From assembly GCA_013265495.1 (NCBI GenBank), contig MU058337.1, positions 188,001-252,000 on the forward strand: a DNA stretch of 64,000 nt, in the 5' to 3' direction. The notes beneath the pieces were generated by a model. The model had not been told where the DNA came from. It made no database searches and saw nothing but the letters and a program-made list of their open reading frames with translations. The position numbers and the translations under genes are program-made. This document shows positions 26,851 through 40,779 of the stretch, piece by piece. This stretch comes from Vicugna vicugna. Its lineage: Eukaryota. How positions within the stretch are numbered: the first letter of the stretch is position 1; each line of letters starts with the position of its first letter.

Positions 26851-27826
26851 ATTTGAAGGACGTGCAGTATTTGTGGGAGGGGAAGATACCTGTACGTGGC
26901 TACGTAACAGAAATTTAAGACGTGGGGAAGGCAGTGCTCCGATAGAATTCATTGACCTAAACATTTATGTCAGTAAATAGGAATGGGTTAAACTAAGGCA
27001 TTTCCTGCAAATTTAGGAAACCATATCAAAAAAATACAAAGGAGAATATAAGAAAAGAACTAATGATATAAAAACAGAAAGCAATACATTGGAAACTGGA
27101 AACTTAAAAGGAGGTAAAACAAAGAAACAAAGGCTAAAAGTGGAATCTTTGACAGCAATTGTGATGACTGGCTCTCAAGCTACTCCCTCAGAGCCACCAT
27201 CACTCTCAAGTTTTCTGAAGTTTTATCTCCATCGCTAAGGAGAATCCAGGAGCCACATTCTCGTGTCCCCTTCCCTACAGGATTTCAGATTGTCAAACCC
27301 AGCGGTGAGAGGGCCCCACTCCAGGTCTGAAAGGGGAAAACAGGAGAGAGAGGCCAGTACTTCATCCTGGAAGTCGCGGCAACAAGGCTTCAGTGAGTCT
27401 TGAGGAAGCTTCCGTAGCATAAAAAAGAAAGCACAGCTCCTCGTGAACATCTTCCAGAGTGGGTGGAGTCCAACGTACAAGACAAGAATGATGCTCCCCC
27501 CAAAAGGGGTCTATTTCCAGAAATGCAATCATAGTTAAAGATTAGGTAAAGTATTAATATAAATCACAATGAAAATACTGTCTTTTCATTTCCATCGAGG
27601 CAAGGATGATGTGAAAAATTCCAATACCATGCTTGATGAAAGAAAAACATTTTTATAAAATAGGAGCCATTAACTCTTTCCTTACTGGATGAGAAGAACA
27701 TGTGTGAAATGGACCTCCGCATCCTATTTGAAGGAGGAATGCCGACAGCAGCTGGTTTAGGCCAGATCTAGACAGGAGAGTCTTCCAGCATCATAACTTA
27801 ATAGTCTTTTCAAGAGCACTAGTCCA

Positions 27827-27946
27827 GGGGGAGGGTACAGCTCAGTGGTAGAGCACATGCTTAGCATGCACGAGGTCTTGGGTTCAATCCTCAGTACCTC
27901 CTCTATAAACTTAATTATTTCTCCCCAAAATTAAATAAATAAAAAA
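27827..27946 (+). mobile_element. tRNA-Ala-derived camelid SINE with TSD
   Basis: Same head as the 25119 copy; flanked by AAGAG(C/T)ACTAGTC at 27812-27824 and 27947-27959. Confidence 0.95.
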
Positions 27947-27964
27947 AAGAGTACTAGTCAATTT

Positions 27965-28760
27965 AGAGAGACATGAAAAGAAAAAAAAGTGTAAAACTAC
28001 AAAGGAGTGGCAGCGTCATCTCTTATAAGTGATATAACTCTAGACCTAAAGGCAACAGAATGAAAAAAAAAACCGATTCAACATAAATACAATAAATACC
28101 TTAAAAACTACTAAGTACAGGTCAGAAAGTGGCTGGTTCTATTACTATATCCAAACAAAAACACTCCTTACTGTTTTATCTTTAATTGAGAGAAAAAATA
28201 AATCAGACTTACAATAATACTCCCCAAAAGGGAGGTTAAAATGCCTTAATAAAGTTAACAGAAATCTGTAGCACATGCTGGGGGGAATTTCTGAAGCTAA
28301 ACCCACTCTCATAGATAAAAGACAAAAATGAAGAAATACTAGCATTTCACATAAGAGTAAATGGCCATTGTCCTAAAATTAAAAGAACACTTAAAAATTG
28401 ACAAAATATATATGAACAACCCAATTCAGAAGTAACAAGGGATATGTCCAAATAATACATAGAAAAAGAAATTAAAATGCCAATTAATATATGGAAAGAT
28501 GCCTGCCTTTATTAATAGGAAGGAAATATAAATAAGTAACAATAAGATATGAATTTTCATTGTCAACAAAAATTTAGAATGAAATCAAATCCCAGATTGA
28601 TAAAGTGGAGAAACAGGAACTCACAGTCCCTGATCGCTGGCCCTGTTACCGTGAACACAAATATTGGTAAACATTTTATAGAAAATTTTGAAAAAATAAT
28701 TGCCAAAGTTTAATTACATTAATTAGAATTTAAAATGATAACTTCTGATCCAGTCTTCAC
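27965..28760 (+). mobile_element. Old L1 ORF2 fragments
   Basis: A-rich; CAACCCAATTCAGAAG...GGATATG...GAAAAAGAAATTAAAATGCCAATTAATATATGGAAAGATGC. Confidence 0.6.
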
Positions 28761-28849
28761 CTTACACGTCAAACATGTATGATAAACAGGGCACTGACCA
28801 AATACGTGCAACTTGCAAACTTTTCAAAAATGGCTTCCTTGGAAATGAA

Positions 28850-29030
28850 ACCCACAGCCAGCCTTTGCTGCCATGCAGCATAGAAGACACTGCATGATGG
28901 AGAGTTGACCCATCTGTATTAGACTGTACACTAAATGATTGCTAAACAAAATGAAATTGTGTCATGCTGAGCCCTGCATTATTAGCCTTGTTTGTTACTG
29001 AAGCTTTGGTTAATTCCCCTGTCTGATACA
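28850..29030 (+). mobile_element. Old MLT1 LTR 3' fragment
   Basis: TTGTTTGTTACTGAAGC...CCCTGTCTGATACA terminus. Confidence 0.5.
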
Positions 29031-29199
29031 CACACCAAGGTGAAAACCTGAGAGACATCCTTCCCTTTACCTCTGCAGCCAGATCCGACTACTGCTGAGT
29101 CCTCTACTGCCCTGATCCTCAGAGCAGCGTTCCAGGTCAAGTGTCATTTTCCGGGGCCTGAAGTCCCTGCTCCCCCCACCTTTAGAGTGCAGCCAGCCC

Positions 29200-29855
29200 A
29201 TTGGGTTTCATGCTGCAGCCAAAGTAGTGTTTCTAAATGCAATTTTTATTCTGTCTTATCTGAAACCCTGGTGATCAGGTGATTAGAACCTTCATTCCTG
29301 TTCCTTCAGGATAAAATTCTAACTCCTTAGCATAACATACAGGCTCTTAATTATCTGCTCCTTGCTTATCTTTTCAGCCTTCAATCTTACCAGCCCCGGT
29401 TCTCATTTGACTCTTGCGCATCTTACACAGTCCTCAGCAAATTAAATCTGCACTGCGCTATTCTCGCGCCTCCAGACTTGCGCACAGTCCACTCTCAGCT
29501 ATAAACAACCCCCCCCCCCATTTCTTACCTTTATCTAATTCCTTTTCTCCTGCATGTTAGGGCCCAGATGTCCCCTCTTTCAGAAACTTCGGTCCTTCCC
29601 ACTGCCCCTCGGTCCTCGGAGCCACCCTGCCCTCCGGGGAGCTCGCCCCGCCCAGGGGCGCGGCATCCTGCTATCGCAGGGCATCTCACTGCATCCTCAC
29701 GGCCTGGTAACTTGCCTCTCTCCTCTCATCCACTGCCACTGCCGCCGGAGAACAAACCGTGCATCGTACCTGCTTTGTGTCCCAAGTCCCAAATGCAATG
29801 CCCTCTACCCAGTGAGAGCAACATAGGTGATAACTGAATTAACGAATGAATGACG
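29200..29855 (+). mobile_element. L2 3' region
   Basis: CAGGATAAAATTCTAACTCCTTAGCAT...CAGATGTCCCCTC...GAATGAATGA tail. Confidence 0.75.
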
Positions 29856-30059
29856 TTTGGATTCATTTGCTGTGGTGAGAATTCACTGTCACTGAAGACG
29901 AGGTGCAAGCACAGGAGTGTGTGTCGACTCAGCACATAACCTTGATATTGCCTAATTATAATTCTGTGTGAATCGTATGATATGAGTTACAGTAACGCCA
30001 TAAAAGTCTTATCTCTGACGTTTTAGTGAGGTTACTTAGATACAGATGCACCCTGATTT

Positions 30060-30412
30060 TTTCAGCTTCCTTAAATTTGTTCAAGTTTTTCCTCTGCCTG
30101 GAATTCTTTCCTGTGTCGCTGTTTAAAATCCCTGCTTTCCCTGCAAGGAACCCCAGGTTTCTACCTCCTCCTCGATGTTCATCCTCCTTTCTCTAGCCGT
30201 CAATGATTCCATTTCTTCCTAGTCCCATAGGCTTTTGTTTCTCTCCATTATTTTATCACCTTATATTATTTTCATATACCCAACGGGAACCTCCATTGGC
30301 TTGTAAGTTCTTTAAAAGCAGGGTGTATATTGTTTTCCTTTTATATTCCTCCAGAGCCTAGTAGAATTCTTTGCACAGAGTAGGCACTTAATGAATGTTA
30401 TTTAAATTAAAT
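30060..30412 (+). mobile_element. L2 3' region
   Basis: CCTCTGCCTGGAAT...TGTAAGTTCTTTAAAAGCAGGG...CACAGAGTAGGCACTTAATGAATG. Confidence 0.75.
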
Positions 30413-30469
30413 GTTGGGGATTTCAACCTGAGCATCCCCAAGGTAATAAAAGATTCTTGATTACAACGG

Positions 30470-30630
30470 CGCTTTCCAGTACAATGTTTCAGGAACCGTG
30501 CTAAGCTTCCTGTGTGTTAATGCTTTTAATTCTCACAAGAATCTTGCACTTAAGTAGAATTAATATCACTGTTTGGTAGATTAGAAAGATAACGTAACTT
30601 GCCAAGGTGCACACAATTGATAAATACATA
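30470..30630 (-). mobile_element. MIR
   Basis: AGGAACCGTGCTAAGC...TTTAATTCTCACAA...GTAACTTGCCAAGGT. Confidence 0.7.
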
Positions 30631-33600
30631 GTGTGATCTTAACCGTTAAGTTATATGCTTATGGGAGTTATGCATCAGTAATGGATTTTTCTGACATACT
30701 AATCTGTTAAAAAAGAGAGAGAGAGAACTATATTTTCCTTTAGGAATTCAGTTTAGTTTCCTTCATCCAAAGAGTAAAAGATATTTTTAAGAATCGTGGT
30801 TAATTCGATTGACTTTTCTATTTCTGCGTATAAAATAATGTCTGTGTGTATGTATACATACAGGTATGTGCTGGATATGAAATTGATGTGTAAAATGTAA
30901 CTAGATAGCACTAAAATATTTTAAATTATAAATATATGATAATTATATATATGAATCTCATGTAAAATACATATAATTATCATGTCTATGATAATCAAGT
31001 CTTTAAGTAAGCCTAATTTACTTCAAGGATCCAGAATGTGCCATGCCGCTTAGACGTGCAGTCGTGCACTCTGCGCAGCTGCAGCGCTTTGACGCGCTCC
31101 TTGCCCCTCGCAGGGGCGGCTGTGATTCCAGGGGACCAGGCAGTTAGCTCTCTTTACAGGTCTTAGCTCAGCCTCTCCCGAAGTAACAAAGGACCCACCT
31201 GCTGCTCCGGTAAGTCCTTGCCAGGGCCCTCGCACCCTCTGCTTCCTCTGAGCTAATGATGGGATGCACAGACAGAGAGGGCCCCCTGCGTCCCGGGACG
31301 CCCACTTAGCCTGGCGTTGCTGTGGCGGTGTTCTTTCCTAGCTCGCAGAGACATGGCTGTCATTTTGCACAGCCCTCCCAGGTTGGCAGGGGTCTGTTTC
31401 TTAGCACTGTCCTGCACCATCTGAAGATGCTGTAGGGGGAGTCAGAGGCGGTTTCCTTGGGAGGTGTGACGTGGCCCTTTCTGCCCACTGCCCCCAACCC
31501 CACAGGCACACTGGAATCCTTGCTTTTCCTGATCTGATGTGCCACTGAGCTGGACACTGGGGAGGGCTGTGCGGCCAAGGGGAAATCAGCACAGAACAGT
31601 GCCATCAGAGCCTCCCAGGGAGACCCTGTGGCTCAGCTCATCCCTCCGAGGCTGCTCTGGATAAAGCGCGGCCCCCCCGCCCCCAGCTCCCTAGGTCTGC
31701 GTCTGCCTTCCTGGGATATTTACAAATATTCTCCTCAGTGACAGCGTGACTGCGTACCTTTCTTCACTCTGGGATCTGATGAGAGAAACAAGATGGTGGC
31801 CAGTTTGCTGGACCCTAGAGTGAGAGGCAGACTGACCACCCCCTTGGCCTGATTCTCCAGCCTTTTCTGGTGGCCCTGCACCTCATTCATCTCTAATAAC
31901 TGGCCGTTTTCTTAATGTTTCAATAAATTGCTTTTTATAAATCTGTCTTAAATGGTGATTAGAACTAAGAGGCAGAGTGGAAGATGTTAGGTTAATAAAA
32001 TTACATATAATTTTCCACATAAAAAACACGTAGAGTTAAACTTTTTTCCCCTCTACTGTCTTCAAAGATAACTGAAGCAGCCCAGAATCTTAGTTTAAGT
32101 CTTGTTCACTTCATCATGAATAAAGCAGTTCGTAAGGTTCAAGGCTGGACCCTGACCGACCTGATCTACTCTATTTAAAAAGATTTATAAGGTGAACTGT
32201 TAACATAAAGTCAAGACCGTAAAGTACAGGCAAACGTACTAATAAGCTTCTATTTCTAAGGCTCGCGCGCTCACGAGGCCCAGAGCCTCGCGGAGGCCAC
32301 AGCTCCGGGCGATGTCCAGGCTGACCCCTCAGCGAGAAGGCGTCAGCCTCGTGACGGCACCTCTGCGGAGCTGTCCGCCGAGTTTGCCAGGGCCGAGGTA
32401 ACAAAGAGCCCCAGCCTGGGTGCTTTACGCAAGAATTTGTTCTTCAAACACCTTCTTTGGCAGAATTCATTCTAAGCTGAACATTTGCATTATCTTGAAG
32501 TTTATCAACCCAAGTTAGGGACTTTCCTAACTCTGTGAGTAAAATTTCAGGTATAGAATAAGGTGAGGAGGAGGGTCACACGGGTTCAGGGATTCAACGA
32601 AGTTACCCTGAGCAGTCCAATAGCAGATGAAGAAAAGACTGGTAAAGCACTCAGGTGTCTTTTACTTCAACAGACTAGGATGTAGGACTTTGCTTAAAGA
32701 CTATTTAGCACATAGATTAAGATATCCCAAGAAATTTAAGCACAAAATAACACTCCTGCTAATGAAAGTGATGGTTATTATTTCCAGTACACATGAAACA
32801 GCAATTAAGCTGGGTAATCAGAGTTTGGGCTGCTTTGATAGGAGGGGTCCTGAAATTTTAGCTCAAGGGGACAGATGGAGAATTCACAGTTCTGTGCAGT
32901 GAAGTGGACAGCACGGAATCTGGAGCGATCGTCAGTTTAACTTCCCGGACGCACAACCCAAACTGGATGTCAGGCACGAACACTCCCATTGAACATAAAT
33001 AACTGGAGCACTTTTTCATGCAAAAAATTATAAACTGCCTCTCTCAAAGTATACAAAACAGGAAAGCACAAATCTGAAGTTTCTTGAATTGTGAAAATTA
33101 AGAAATATAAGAATGAATGAAAAACCAGCAGTTCTCTGTCACTGGTGTTTCTGAAGAAGACAAACTGTTGGAAACTGTGGAACAAATGGTTTGGAGGCAC
33201 CAGCATTGGTGATGCGATGTGTCACATCGTCCTTCGAAGGCGAAGTCTTCATACTAAGGACAGGAAGTGTGAGGCACGTGGTAGGACCCAGAGGGTCTGA
33301 GAAGAACGTACTGTCTCTGTGTGTGCGGGCACCAAGCTCAACCGAGGGGCAACCGAGGCATCTTCGGGGCTGGATACGGGCACAGGACATAACATAACCC
33401 TGAAGCCAAATGTTATGTAGATGTATAAAACGAGTCAAGTGTTGCTCCTCTGTTGATGACAGAGTTGGGGAGGGGTCAGGTGAGGGAGTACTTCCCATGC
33501 TGGAGTCACTGAGTCGGGGGAGCCTCACCGCAGGTCAGCACAGGCGTTGCCAGCCCAGGAAGCTGCGCTTCGAAGCAGATCGGAGGGTGAGAGGCCCCGC

Positions 33601-33747
33601 TTTGCAGGATTCCCCCGGACTGACTAGAGCCAGCGCCCATCACTGCCGGGTATGGGTAAGAGCGTGCGCGTGTTCGCTGCCCTTCCTGTTGCTTATGTGA
33701 AAGGGACAACATCGACCCGTCAAAGACTCAAGGTCACTTTACACCAC

Positions 33748-33990
33748 TTTTTTTTTTTGCTTTTTATAGAATTGTCTAATTTTTATTGAAATGTAGTTAA
33801 TTTACAGTGTTAGTTTCACGTGTACAGCAAACAGATTTAGTTATACATATACATATGTATATAATTTTTCAGATTCTTTTCCATTGCAGCTCATTACAAG
33901 AAATTGACTATAGTTTCCTGTGCTGTGCAGCAGGTTTTGTTGTGCCTCTATTTTGTGCACAGTATCTCTATTTTATGTACAGTAATGTGG
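33748..33990 (-). mobile_element. Artiodactyl-type L1 3' end
   Basis: TTTTATTGAAATGTAGTTAATTTACAGTGTTAGTTTC...CAGATTCTTTTCCATTGCAGCTCATTACAAG. Confidence 0.85.
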
Positions 33991-36900
33991 ACACACACGG
34001 TCAATGAAATGACTAATTTGACCAGTTGGTGGTAGGCCTTTTAGATAAATCACACACATTACTATTTAAAGTTGTGAGAGGACTTGAAATTTGTTATATC
34101 ATTGGAATATAGAAAAGAGTTTGTTCTGTTCAAAATAAATACGAACCATTAAAAATGTACACTAGAAATTGATGTATTGTAACTGACTGCACTTCAAAGA
34201 GAAAAAAAGATATATATACACTGCTTATCCAGTTAAGAGCTGCCCGGAACCTAAGAAGTGACAAGCCCGGGGGGTGTGGAAGGAGGCAGGAGGGAACGGG
34301 GAAATAGGAAAAGTGCACTTAGCAAAGGCATGTGGGGACGTGGAGATGAAATCGCCCTCTGCAGCCTTCAGCAGGAACACCTCTGTTCGGTGACTCCCCA
34401 GCCCGACGATCCCACTGCACATCCCCGTGTGAGGCACGCGGGACGCACTGCTGCCTTCCGATCTCGGCTCCGAGGAGAAAGCATTCCACGGAGGTAACCA
34501 TGCTTTTTGAAGCAGTGAAAGAGTACGAAGTCCTGACAGCGTCTCCTGTAAATTAAAGAAGAGGAGAACGTCACGCCCGGCGTGCATGTGTAAGAAGACA
34601 TTAGTCTGTGCTCATGTCTGAAAGGAAGAGCACGTTTCAGGCCGAGCTTCTTTCGACACATGAAGTCGGGGTGCTGCTCAGTAAAAAGCAGGACACGTAT
34701 TAGATACACCACGAGCCAATGTGGAGGCAATTGTGAGGCTAATTATACACGATTTTTTAAATGTCACTAATCTGAATCATCGTATTAGCCGACTTGCACA
34801 CCCCCTAACACGATCCCTGCCTGGCAGAGAACAGCAACACAGACAGCCAGCCTCGTGGAAGTGCGGCAAGTAATGAAGGCGGAGGAGGGTCACGAGTCCC
34901 CTGGGTGACAGGTGTTATTAAAATTTGAAAGGACATTATGGTTACAGTTGGGCAGGGAATTTCGAATATTGGCATTGCGGGCCATTAAGGCCATCTGTCT
35001 GGCACAGTGTGCCTGGCGGTAGTAAAGAAAACAGGAGTAGGCTGCTGTGTGTTTGCAATAAGGCACAATACTTTAACCACTTATCTTGAAACACACGCAT
35101 TCTCAAGAGGACGCTATTTCTGAATTTCAAAGTCTGGGGCTGTCAATACACAGAATCAACCCATTTTTCTCCTTTCTGTTTACATCTTCCCAGCATTTTT
35201 AAGTGGAAGCTTCACATCGAGAGATAGGAAGGCAAACTGTTCGTGCTCTGAGTCTGAACCTACCATTTGCGTGCAATTAGATGAGTCATGTAATATGGTG
35301 CTCTTGGGAACACATTCCCTGAAAAATATCTTCACTATTTCTTCCACTACACGAAAAGTAGGAGGCTGGAGTATTCATGTAGACACCATGCCTTTAAAAT
35401 AGCTTCTAAGTGAATTCTTTTCTTCCTCTCACGTTCACACGTCGGGATCCCTTCCGCCTTCCTCTCATGTTGACACCATTGAGGTCTGCTGCATGTTGTA
35501 GAGTTCCTTTCTGTCTACTTAGGCTCCTCCAGCTTCACGGGCATGGCAGCCGCAAGGATTATAATAACTCAGGGTGTGATGACTGCGTGGTGCCAGCTGA
35601 AGTCAGCCTGCTCTCCGGTTCACACCTCTGTCTATTTTGCAATCTAACAGGGCTTTTCCAGCACTGTTGCCCATGGCTTTCTAAGCATTTCTCCTGCTGA
35701 TTGGCAGGGATCTGAACTGCTGGTCCCTAGATCAATGATCTTGAGTTATCCAGGCTAAACACCACCTTGTTATTTCCCGGATGTAGGTCTAACTTCCCTT
35801 GTTCTGTTTTAAATGCCAGGTTCCTTTCCTTGATGGTGCTTACAACTCTCTCCAAACTGGGATCAGGTGAGAAACAGCACAGCAGTTGCTGTCTGTCCTC
35901 GTTTTCCAGCCAGAAATAAAGACGCCGAATGAGCCCACTATGGTGCTAATCCCCGCGGGCCTTCAGTGGTAACACGTCTAGGGAAGTCAGTCCATCAGAA
36001 CCGAGCGGAACTTGTCCGTGGCTGGCTCTTCCATGGTACATCACTGTGAACTGATTTCAGTTTTTTAATCTATCTTCTTACTTACACAGGATGAGGCAGC
36101 TTGAAGGGAAGACTTTTGTTTTCACCTTAAAAGGTACTCTGCACCACGTTTGGGGGAAACAGCAAAGCATGCGTTCCAAGTCCTCACAGAGTCTCCTGTA
36201 AATTAACAAAGAATTTAGGAGAAAAATCCCTTGCCAAAAAGGTACCAGCTGGGTCGGCCTTTGTGTTTATTTTTAATCTTTTGCCAAGGAAACAGCTGCG
36301 GAGAAGGTGTGTAATTAAGCCAGATGCTCAGTGGCGTCTGCAAAGAGCCCCAGAGTACGCGGTGCACAGGGATTTCGGTTCTGAGCTGCTCGATACTAAA
36401 CCTGACAGGCTGGGAAGTGTCCAAACGAGGCGGTCCAGCTGCAGGGGCGTCTGGAAAGGGGGCTTTATGAGGAAAGGCTGAAGGAAAGGAGATGCTTAAC
36501 TGGGCAGTGAGAGCTGAGGGAAATGCAGTGACTGCCTTGAATGTGTTAACGCGTCCTGTTGTAGGAAAGGGCGATGCTTCATTGTGTTACTTCAGGGGAC
36601 AGGGGTCTGGCTTGCAGGCTGTCGTGTGCCAGCCCCTGATCCAGCACATTGTCAAAACCGCTGCCTTACTCTGAAGTCGTTTCAGGGCCAAATGAGGCCG
36701 TTCTCAGTGTCCAGAGATGGTTGTAGCGCTGGTGATCTTCACTGTGTATGCTGGTGGTTTTCCACAGAATGTGCCCAGAGCTCCTGGAAGCGTGTCATGA
36801 TTGGGTGCTGTGACGGCTGCCCAGTCATCAGGTCTCTGGCTATGATATAAGCTTTAGCCTCTCTTACAGCCTGTCTGACTGTGGCCCAAGAGCCCTGGCT

Positions 36901-38914
36901 CCCGGAGACCCTGCGCTGAGCATAAGCCCCTGTGGTGTGCAGTGAAGGACAGGATAGCCTCACGTGGGAGAGTGGAGATGTCACATTTGCAAAGCCCAAA
37001 TGAATGAAAGGCACGGACGCTACCTGTATGACAACAAAGAACCCTCGATGGTAACTTCTGATGCCCCAGGACCTCTGAGAATAGCTTATCAGTTCTGTCT
37101 AAACAGTCTGCTAACTGCTGAAGGCACGATTCAGGGTAGACACCGAGTTTATCTCCCTGACATTGGCGTCATCCGTGAAGGACAATCGGGGATTTCACTT
37201 ATTCATAACCGTTTAGAATTAGGTAATGGAAAGTGGCAAGGTTATCTAAATACAAATTCAATGCGGGCTTAATCTCATTCGGTTATAATAGAAATTTCAG
37301 CCAGCAGCGGGTCTGCTCTGAAAGATGCCTTTTTCTAGGACCTTGGCTTCGACTCCCATCTATGATTCCTGTATCAAAGAGACAGAAATTAACAACTAAC
37401 TGTGTCTATGAAAATGCACAGTTATGTTTACAAAATAAAATGCCCAAGGTGAAAAACAAACGCAGAAACTTGGCAAAAATATAGCGTAGCTAGCATTTCC
37501 AAGCCTTCCGGAGAAACACGTGGTATGCTCGAAAGTCAGACAGAACCAGGAGCCCGTCTGCTGACAAGTCAGTGGAGTCCACCGCAGCTTCAGGACGAGG
37601 ATGAGCACTGAATCCTTCCACAGACGATTTATTCAGTAGCAATTTAGACCCGAGCCAAAATAATTCTATCTCAGAAGATTCCAGTCTTCTGTACCAAGGG
37701 CAGAAGTTCAAGTTGAGCAGTATCCCATTTCCAGCCACAAAACAGCCTGGTCCCGATAGACACTTACTAGTTTTTTTCCGAGATGCTTATAGTCTTAGTT
37801 TTTTTTAAAGAAAATTCTTACCATTATCTGTTGGCACTTAGTCACTAAGTCTCTTCCTCTTTTTCTAGCCTTAAATTTTATGCCTCTGTCCTACTTTAAA
37901 ATAAACAAAATAGGGACACACGTGTTTCACTGAGAAATCAAATGTGGACATTTCTTTGTTCTGAGAAGTTACGCAGTGTAGTGGTGGTGGAGAAATGAAT
38001 GGCGAACAGAACAAAGATGAGAGGGTGAGTCCAGCAGCAGCTCCGCCTTCTAACGAGGGGTGTTGAGAACCGCTTATGCAGATCGTCAGGGAACACAAGA
38101 TTAAAAACACAAGCCCTGCTTTCTGCTTTTGTAAGAAAAACGTTAGAGATGTTCACCTTTGACTGAGTCTAGCCTTCAGTTCGAATAATGGCAGGAACGT
38201 AGGCATGCATTTCCGTGTCAGGCATTTGCTTGGTGCATTGGAGCGTCCGGGGGCGCAATGAGCCTACAGCTGGACCAGCGTCCCATCCTGTGCTGCAGTC
38301 ACACTGGCTGAAGCAGTCTGTTCTATGTTCTTATACACATAATGTTTGCTTTGCTTGTGTACATATATTATAATAAAAAGAGTGTATTAGGGCAATTTTA
38401 TATACGTATTTCAAAGACTGACTATTTTAAAGATCTATGTGTCCTTATGAAAAATATTCATTCTTTGAACCAATTTACTTCAAGGCTAAGAATTCGTCCT
38501 CGGAAAAGTATCAGATCTTTCTTTCAAGAATATTCGTCAAAACATGAAAAGCAAGGGGAGACTGGAAATAACTTAAGTACCTGCTGCTCTGAGTGAGCCC
38601 TTTCAATTTGAACACCCCTGTAAGAAAAACCTAAGTTGTGTTTCGTGTGCCTGAAATTAGCCATTAAACCCATTAAGGCATCTGGCTATTTCATGCTTCA
38701 CTAGGTTAAGCCAACTGAGGCCCGTTAGCGTCTACAAGTGCAGAAATGCCATGGAGTTGTTTGAAGGGCTGTCAAATTAGAATTAAACGCCTGCATTTCT
38801 CACGTCTTTTGCTACTTAGAACTGCCTAAGGGGCCTTCGTCGTCCTCCTGCCTGCGCTTCCCGTGCTGCACGACTCACACCTAAGGCAGCAGAGCCCTCC
38901 GTGTGTGCTGGGTA

Positions 38915-39822
38915 ACAGTCTGTTGTCAGATACGTGTTTTGCAGATATTTTCTCCTAGCCTGTGGTTTGTATTTTCCTTCTCTTGACGGTGTCTTTCACA
39001 GAACAACTGGTTTAATCAAGTCCAGTTTCTAAGTTCCTTCTTTCCTGGGTCGTGCACCTAGAAAGCCACCACAAAGCCCAAGGCCGTCTAGATTTTCCCC
39101 TGTGTTACCTTCTAGGAGTTTTCTAGTTTTACATTTTGCACACAGGTCTGAGACCCATTCTGAGTAATCTTTGCGAAGGCGTAAGACCCATGTGGGTGTG
39201 CAGGTTTTCCAGCACCGTTGGCCGAAAAGACCATCTTTCCTCCACTGTGTTGCCTTTGCTCCTTTGCCAAAGATCAGTTGATTATATTTAAGTAGCTCTA
39301 TATCTGAGACCTCTATTTTATTCCATTTACCTATTTTTTTTAAATTTTTGCCAATACCGCACTGCCTTGATTACAGTAGCTATGTGGTAAGTCTTGAAAT
39401 CAGGCAGTGTCAGCCCTACAATTTCGTTCTTCCTCGTCAATATTATGTTCGCTGTTCTGGGACGTCTCCTCTCCATGTAAACTTTAGAATCAGTTTGTTG
39501 ACATCTGTAAAATAACTTGCTGGAATTTGGATTGAGACCTCAATGACTATATAGACCAATTTGGGAAGAAATGCCATCTTGACAATATTGAGTCTTTTAT
39601 ACATAAACAAAAAGATTTCTCCATTTATTTAGTTTATTTTTATTTCATTCATGAGCGTTTTCTAGTTTCTTCATATAGATCTAGTTAAAATATGTTAAAT
39701 TTATTCCTAACTTAAAAATTTTTCATTACATTTGCTAATGTAAATAGTGTTGCGTTTTCAACGTCAAACTCTACCATTAATTGCTAATATATGGGAAAGT
39801 GATTGACTTATGTATATTAACT
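38915..39822 (-). mobile_element. L1M ORF2 fragment
   Basis: TTTGCAGATATTTTCTCC...CCAGCACCGTTGGCCGAAAAGAC...GCCATCTTGACAATATTGAGTCTT, antisense L1 ORF2. Confidence 0.9.
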
Positions 39823-40024
39823 GAAGTTCAAAGGACAAAATGCTAGCTGGAACCAAGCAGAATAATTCTTCACATAGCCAAGGTGGAGCGGGACCCTTGG
39901 GTACTTTTTGGTGACCCGCTTGTCAGACTGAGCTTTATTACCTTGTGGCATTGACCACAAGGCATATTGTAAAATATTCTTGAGGAAGGATTGGGAGAAA
40001 TTAAGAAATACTGCTGGCCCTGTG

Positions 40025-40160
40025 TGAGTAAATTCTTAACCACTGGCTCTCAAGGAGAGGGGAGGAAGCACTGATCTACAGCGTTAGCCAATTTCTGTGG
40101 TGTAAAAACTGTCCCCACTGCTGATTTGTAACTGCCGGTGTGACACTTAGGAACACAAAT
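40025..40160. mobile_element. MER63-like hAT DNA transposon fragment
   Basis: GTAAATTCTTAACCACTGGCTCTC...GCGTTAGCCAATTTCTGTGGTGTAAAAACT. Confidence 0.55.
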
Positions 40161-40779
40161 GTGAGGGGAATGCTAACGACCAGCCCTAGAGAGCCAGCAG
40201 GAGACAGCGCCAAGGCACCACTGTGTATCTTTCCTAGAAAGCCCCTTGACATTAATCCAACCAGGAGCATCTTAGGTTGCTAAGCAATAGATGTCTCAAA
40301 AAGTGTAATTAAAGGTGATAACCAGCATCAGAGCAACTCAACCAGACGCAGAGGAGAAGACCAGCTAGTCCTGGTGAGGCTGCAGGAAGGAGACTGGCCA
40401 TGGGTGTTCATAAACCTTTGGGCAGGGAGGTAACTGGCCGCAGGGAAGGCTGGTGGCAGGCGACGGGCTCCTCTGGCCGCTCCAGCAGCTGCCAGTCCTG
40501 GAGTCTGGTGACCCATCCTCGGCCTGCTCCTGTTGACTAGATCTTGCTCAATAAAGCAGTCATCCGTCCTGAGACCCACGATCCTTCTGAGAGGACAGCG
40601 TCACCACATCCCCATCCAACAGGGACTGCAGAGACTAATCCTTGGGATTCTCTTTGGACAGCTACTGACCATATTAAATCAGCCTAAAACGCTTGGACAT
40701 CACTCCAAGAAAAAGCCCCTCCATTGCCGCTGAGCATTTTGTCTGCTGGCCCAACTCTGCACTCTTCCTGCGCCTCCCC

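Noticed and set aside
32880..33260. Possible hAT transposase relic (VDSTES, FSCKKL, VGNCGTNGLEAPAL)
   Set aside because: Only a faint resemblance across different frames; unsupportable without a Dfam or tBLASTn search.
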